Assembly: GCA_041908445.1 (NCBI GenBank)
Contig: JAYRFK010000060.1
Coordinates: 14,772-78,771 of the forward strand
DNA length: 64,000 nucleotides
From: Acidimicrobiales bacterium
Lineage (GTDB): Bacteria; Actinomycetota; Acidimicrobiia; Acidimicrobiales; DATDAH01
Reading direction: 5' to 3'
The position numbers and the translations under genes are program-made. The notes under the pieces were generated by a model. The model did not search any database. It was not told where the DNA came from and worked only from the letters and a program-made list of their open reading frames with translations. This document shows, piece by piece, positions 62,343 through 64,000 of this stretch; position 1 is the stretch's first letter, and every line of letters begins with the position of its first letter.

Positions 62343-63671
62343 TCAGGGGGTGGTCGGCGCCTCCGGCGCGGTGGCGTCGGGGGCGGTGCCCGTTGCACCC
62401 TCGGGCGCCTGGGCGTCGGCCACGGCCTGGTTGGAGGCGGCCTGGCCGTCGGTGGTCGCCGCCGGCTCCTTGGGGAGCGCCTCGGCGGCGGGCGCCGCCG
62501 CCTTCTTCTTCTTGGGCGGTGGGACGCCGACCTTCACCGAGGCCTCGGCGAACTCGGGCCAGCGCCGGCGGCTCACGATGGAGAGGCGGCGCATGAGGTC
62601 GATGGCGCCCGGGTCCTCGTCGCCCGGCCGGGCGATGATCGAGCCGTCGTCGATCATGCGGCTGATGATCTCGCGACCGAGGTCGGTACGGACGATGGTG
62701 AGGGTCCAGTCGTTGTTCTCGCCGATGCCGCCGGTGGAGATGTCGGCGTGCTCGGCCGAGAAGTCGGGGCAGCACTTGCAGCCCTCGCGGGTCCAGGCGT
62801 GGCACTCCTTGAGGTTGATCTCGTGGTAGTCGCCGTTGCGCATCCAGATCTGGAAGACGCCCTTGATGTTCATCTTCACCATGTCCTGCTTCTTCAGGCC
62901 GTACTTGGCCTCGAAGAGCTCGGGAAAGATGGCGTCGTCGAAGGTCTTGGAGCAGAGCAGCCCGATGTTGAACACGATGGGCTTCGAGATCTTGCCGACC
63001 TTGCGGTGCCACATGACCGGCGGCACCGACGACTGGCAGCTCATGCCGACGAGGGCGAGCTTGGAGAAGCCCCGCTCGAGGGCCTCGTCGATGGCGAGGG
63101 TGTTGGCGGAGTACGTGTAGCGGCTGCCGGCGCCGGCGAGGACCTCGTCCTTGGTGCTGGCCACGCCGGGCACGGCCTTCCACGACGTGCCGTCGCCCTC
63201 GACGTAGGACGTGAGCGCCGCGTCGATGTAGCCGTGGTCGAGGGCCCAGATCAGCAGCGCCGAGACGAGCCCGCCGTCCTGGCCCATCTTGTGGACGTAG
63301 TCGTCGCTGGCACGGGTGAGCAGCACGTCCTGGTAGATGCCGGACATCTCGTCGGGCTCGCGGGTGCGGGCGAAGAGGTGCTCGTCGGCCTCGGCCTCCC
63401 AGGTGCGAAAGCGCGGGCAGGCCCGGGTGCAGGTCGTGCAGCCCTTCTGCCCGTGGATGCAGTCGGTCGGGCCGAGCTCGTCCTCGAGGTGGAACGGCTT
63501 GTAGCCGCCCGCCTGGTGGTCGTAGCCGATGACGTCGTGCGGGCAGGAGATCACGCAGCCGGCGCAGCCGGTGCAGAGGCCGGTGTCGATGACCTCCTCG
63601 TAGAGCTCCTTCCACTGGGCCGTCCAGCGGGGCTTGCGGGCGGGCGCCGCCGGCGCGGCGGTGTCGGTCAC
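62343..63671 (-). CDS. FrhB/FdhB-family (coenzyme F420 hydrogenase/dehydrogenase beta-subunit-like) Fe-S flavoprotein with low-complexity tail
   Basis: Ferredoxin motif CTGCAGCVISCP and a second cluster GCTTCTRACP. GQDGGLVSALLIWAL and MSCQ-type FrhB core. Tail PPPKKKKAAAPAAEALPKEP... GTG 63671 overlaps the upstream stop (GTGA). Confidence 0.7.
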   Translation of the reverse strand: MTDTAAPAAPARKPRWTAQWKELYEEVIDTGLCTGCAGCVISCPHDVIGYDHQAGGYKPFHLEDELGPTDCIHGQKGCTTCTRACPRFRTWEAEADEHLFARTREPDEMSGIYQDVLLTRASDDYVHKMGQDGGLVSALLIWALDHGYIDAALTSYVEGDGTSWKAVPGVASTKDEVLAGAGSRYTYSANTLAIDEALERGFSKLALVGMSCQSSVPPVMWHRKVGKISKPIVFNIGLLCSKTFDDAIFPELFEAKYGLKKQDMVKMNIKGVFQIWMRNGDYHEINLKECHAWTREGCKCCPDFSAEHADISTGGIGENNDWTLTIVRTDLGREIISRMIDDGSIIARPGDEDPGAIDLMRRLSIVSRRRWPEFAEASVKVGVPPPKKKKAAAPAAEALPKEPAATTDGQAASNQAVADAQAPEGATGTAPDATAPEAPTTP

Positions 63672-64000
63672 GGTGCCACCGTCGTGTCGGTGACCGCGGG
63701 CGCCGTGGTGGTGGCGCCGGCGACCGTGGTCGACGTGGTGGTCGGCACCGTGGGGGTCGTGCCGGCGGAGCCGCCGCCCGCCTGGATCACGCAGTCGGTG
63801 TAGAGGTCGAGGAAGTCGTCGGGCAGCTCGGCGTTCGGGTCGTCGCTGAGGCGCTCGTCGACCCGCTGGAACCGGTCGAACGGGATGTTCTGCTCGAACG
63901 AGTCGTAGGCGCACTGGCACACGTCCTGGAGGTCGTCACCGCCCTGGTCCGTGCAGGTCTGGATGAAGTTCTCCTCGACCTCCGCGTTGTAGTCCGTGGG
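63668..64000 (-). CDS. Hypothetical Cys-containing protein with Thr-rich C-terminus; 5' end beyond window
   Basis: The frame stays open to position 64000 (PTDYNAEVEENFIQTCTDQGGDDLQDVCQCAYDSFEQN...). The C-terminus is GTTPTVPTTTSTTVAGATTTAP. Stop overlaps the FrhB-like start. Confidence 0.5.
   Translation of the reverse strand, partial: PTDYNAEVEENFIQTCTDQGGDDLQDVCQCAYDSFEQNIPFDRFQRVDERLSDDPNAELPDDFLDLYTDCVIQAGGGSAGTTPTVPTTTSTTVAGATTTAPAVTDTTVAP

Noticed and set aside
59128-63803. The largest ORFs at the right end: 59128..61185 plus, 59240..60805 minus, 60466..63615 minus (1049 aa), 61047..63803 plus (918 aa)
   Set aside because: Despite their length they have shadow-frame composition. They overlap the MFS, ACAD and FrhB-like genes, which carry clear family motifs.

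Overview
Densely coding, very high-GC segment (GC judged by eye, not computed) of an actinobacterial-type chromosome. It has one tRNA-Arg(CCG) and no rRNA, CRISPR array, transposase or integrase. About 0.8-26 kb is a cell-envelope glycan locus. It contains a WbaP-like initiating phosphotransferase, GT4 and GT2 glycosyltransferases, a Wzz/BY-kinase, a Wzy-like polymerase and a Wzx-like flippase. It also holds a tightly coupled 8-gene minus-strand operon (DegT aminotransferase, Gfo/Idh/MocA oxidoreductase, LbH acetyltransferase, FAD oxidoreductase, CE4 deacetylase, ArnC/GtrB-like GT2, GT4) facing two tandem GT-C paralogs. WecB-like epimerase, secreted glycoside hydrolase, mini LPXTG protein and DUF4012 genes complete the locus. 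About 26-54 kb is the conserved actinobacterial backbone on the minus strand: argS-lysA-hom-thrC-[thrB slot]-rho-rpmE-prfA-prmC-tsaC-LMW-PTP-rpiB-glyA. Lineage-specific insertions interrupt it: a DUF2079 membrane protein, an ABC-2 transporter plus a 1277-aa NHL/PD40 secreted protein, an unknown ORF between rpmE and prfA, and a lipoprotein M4-like protease with three P-domains beside a stand-alone cNMP-binding protein. The right end carries a GH36-like hydrolase, SDR, LCP ligase, MarR/MFS pair, acyl-CoA dehydrogenase and an FrhB-like Fe-S protein. The best candidate for an undescribed system is the Arn-like module for extracytoplasmic amino-sugar decoration (finding 1). Other notable points are an ApgM-family gene in the thrB position, an LMW-PTP whose catalytic P-loop lies upstream of any canonical start codon and which ends in a 20-proline run, and 12-nt tandem repeats in two promoter regions. 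All functional calls come from reading motifs in the supplied translations; no database search, alignment or structure prediction was run. Many long ORFs in the track are off-frame artefacts of high GC and were rejected.
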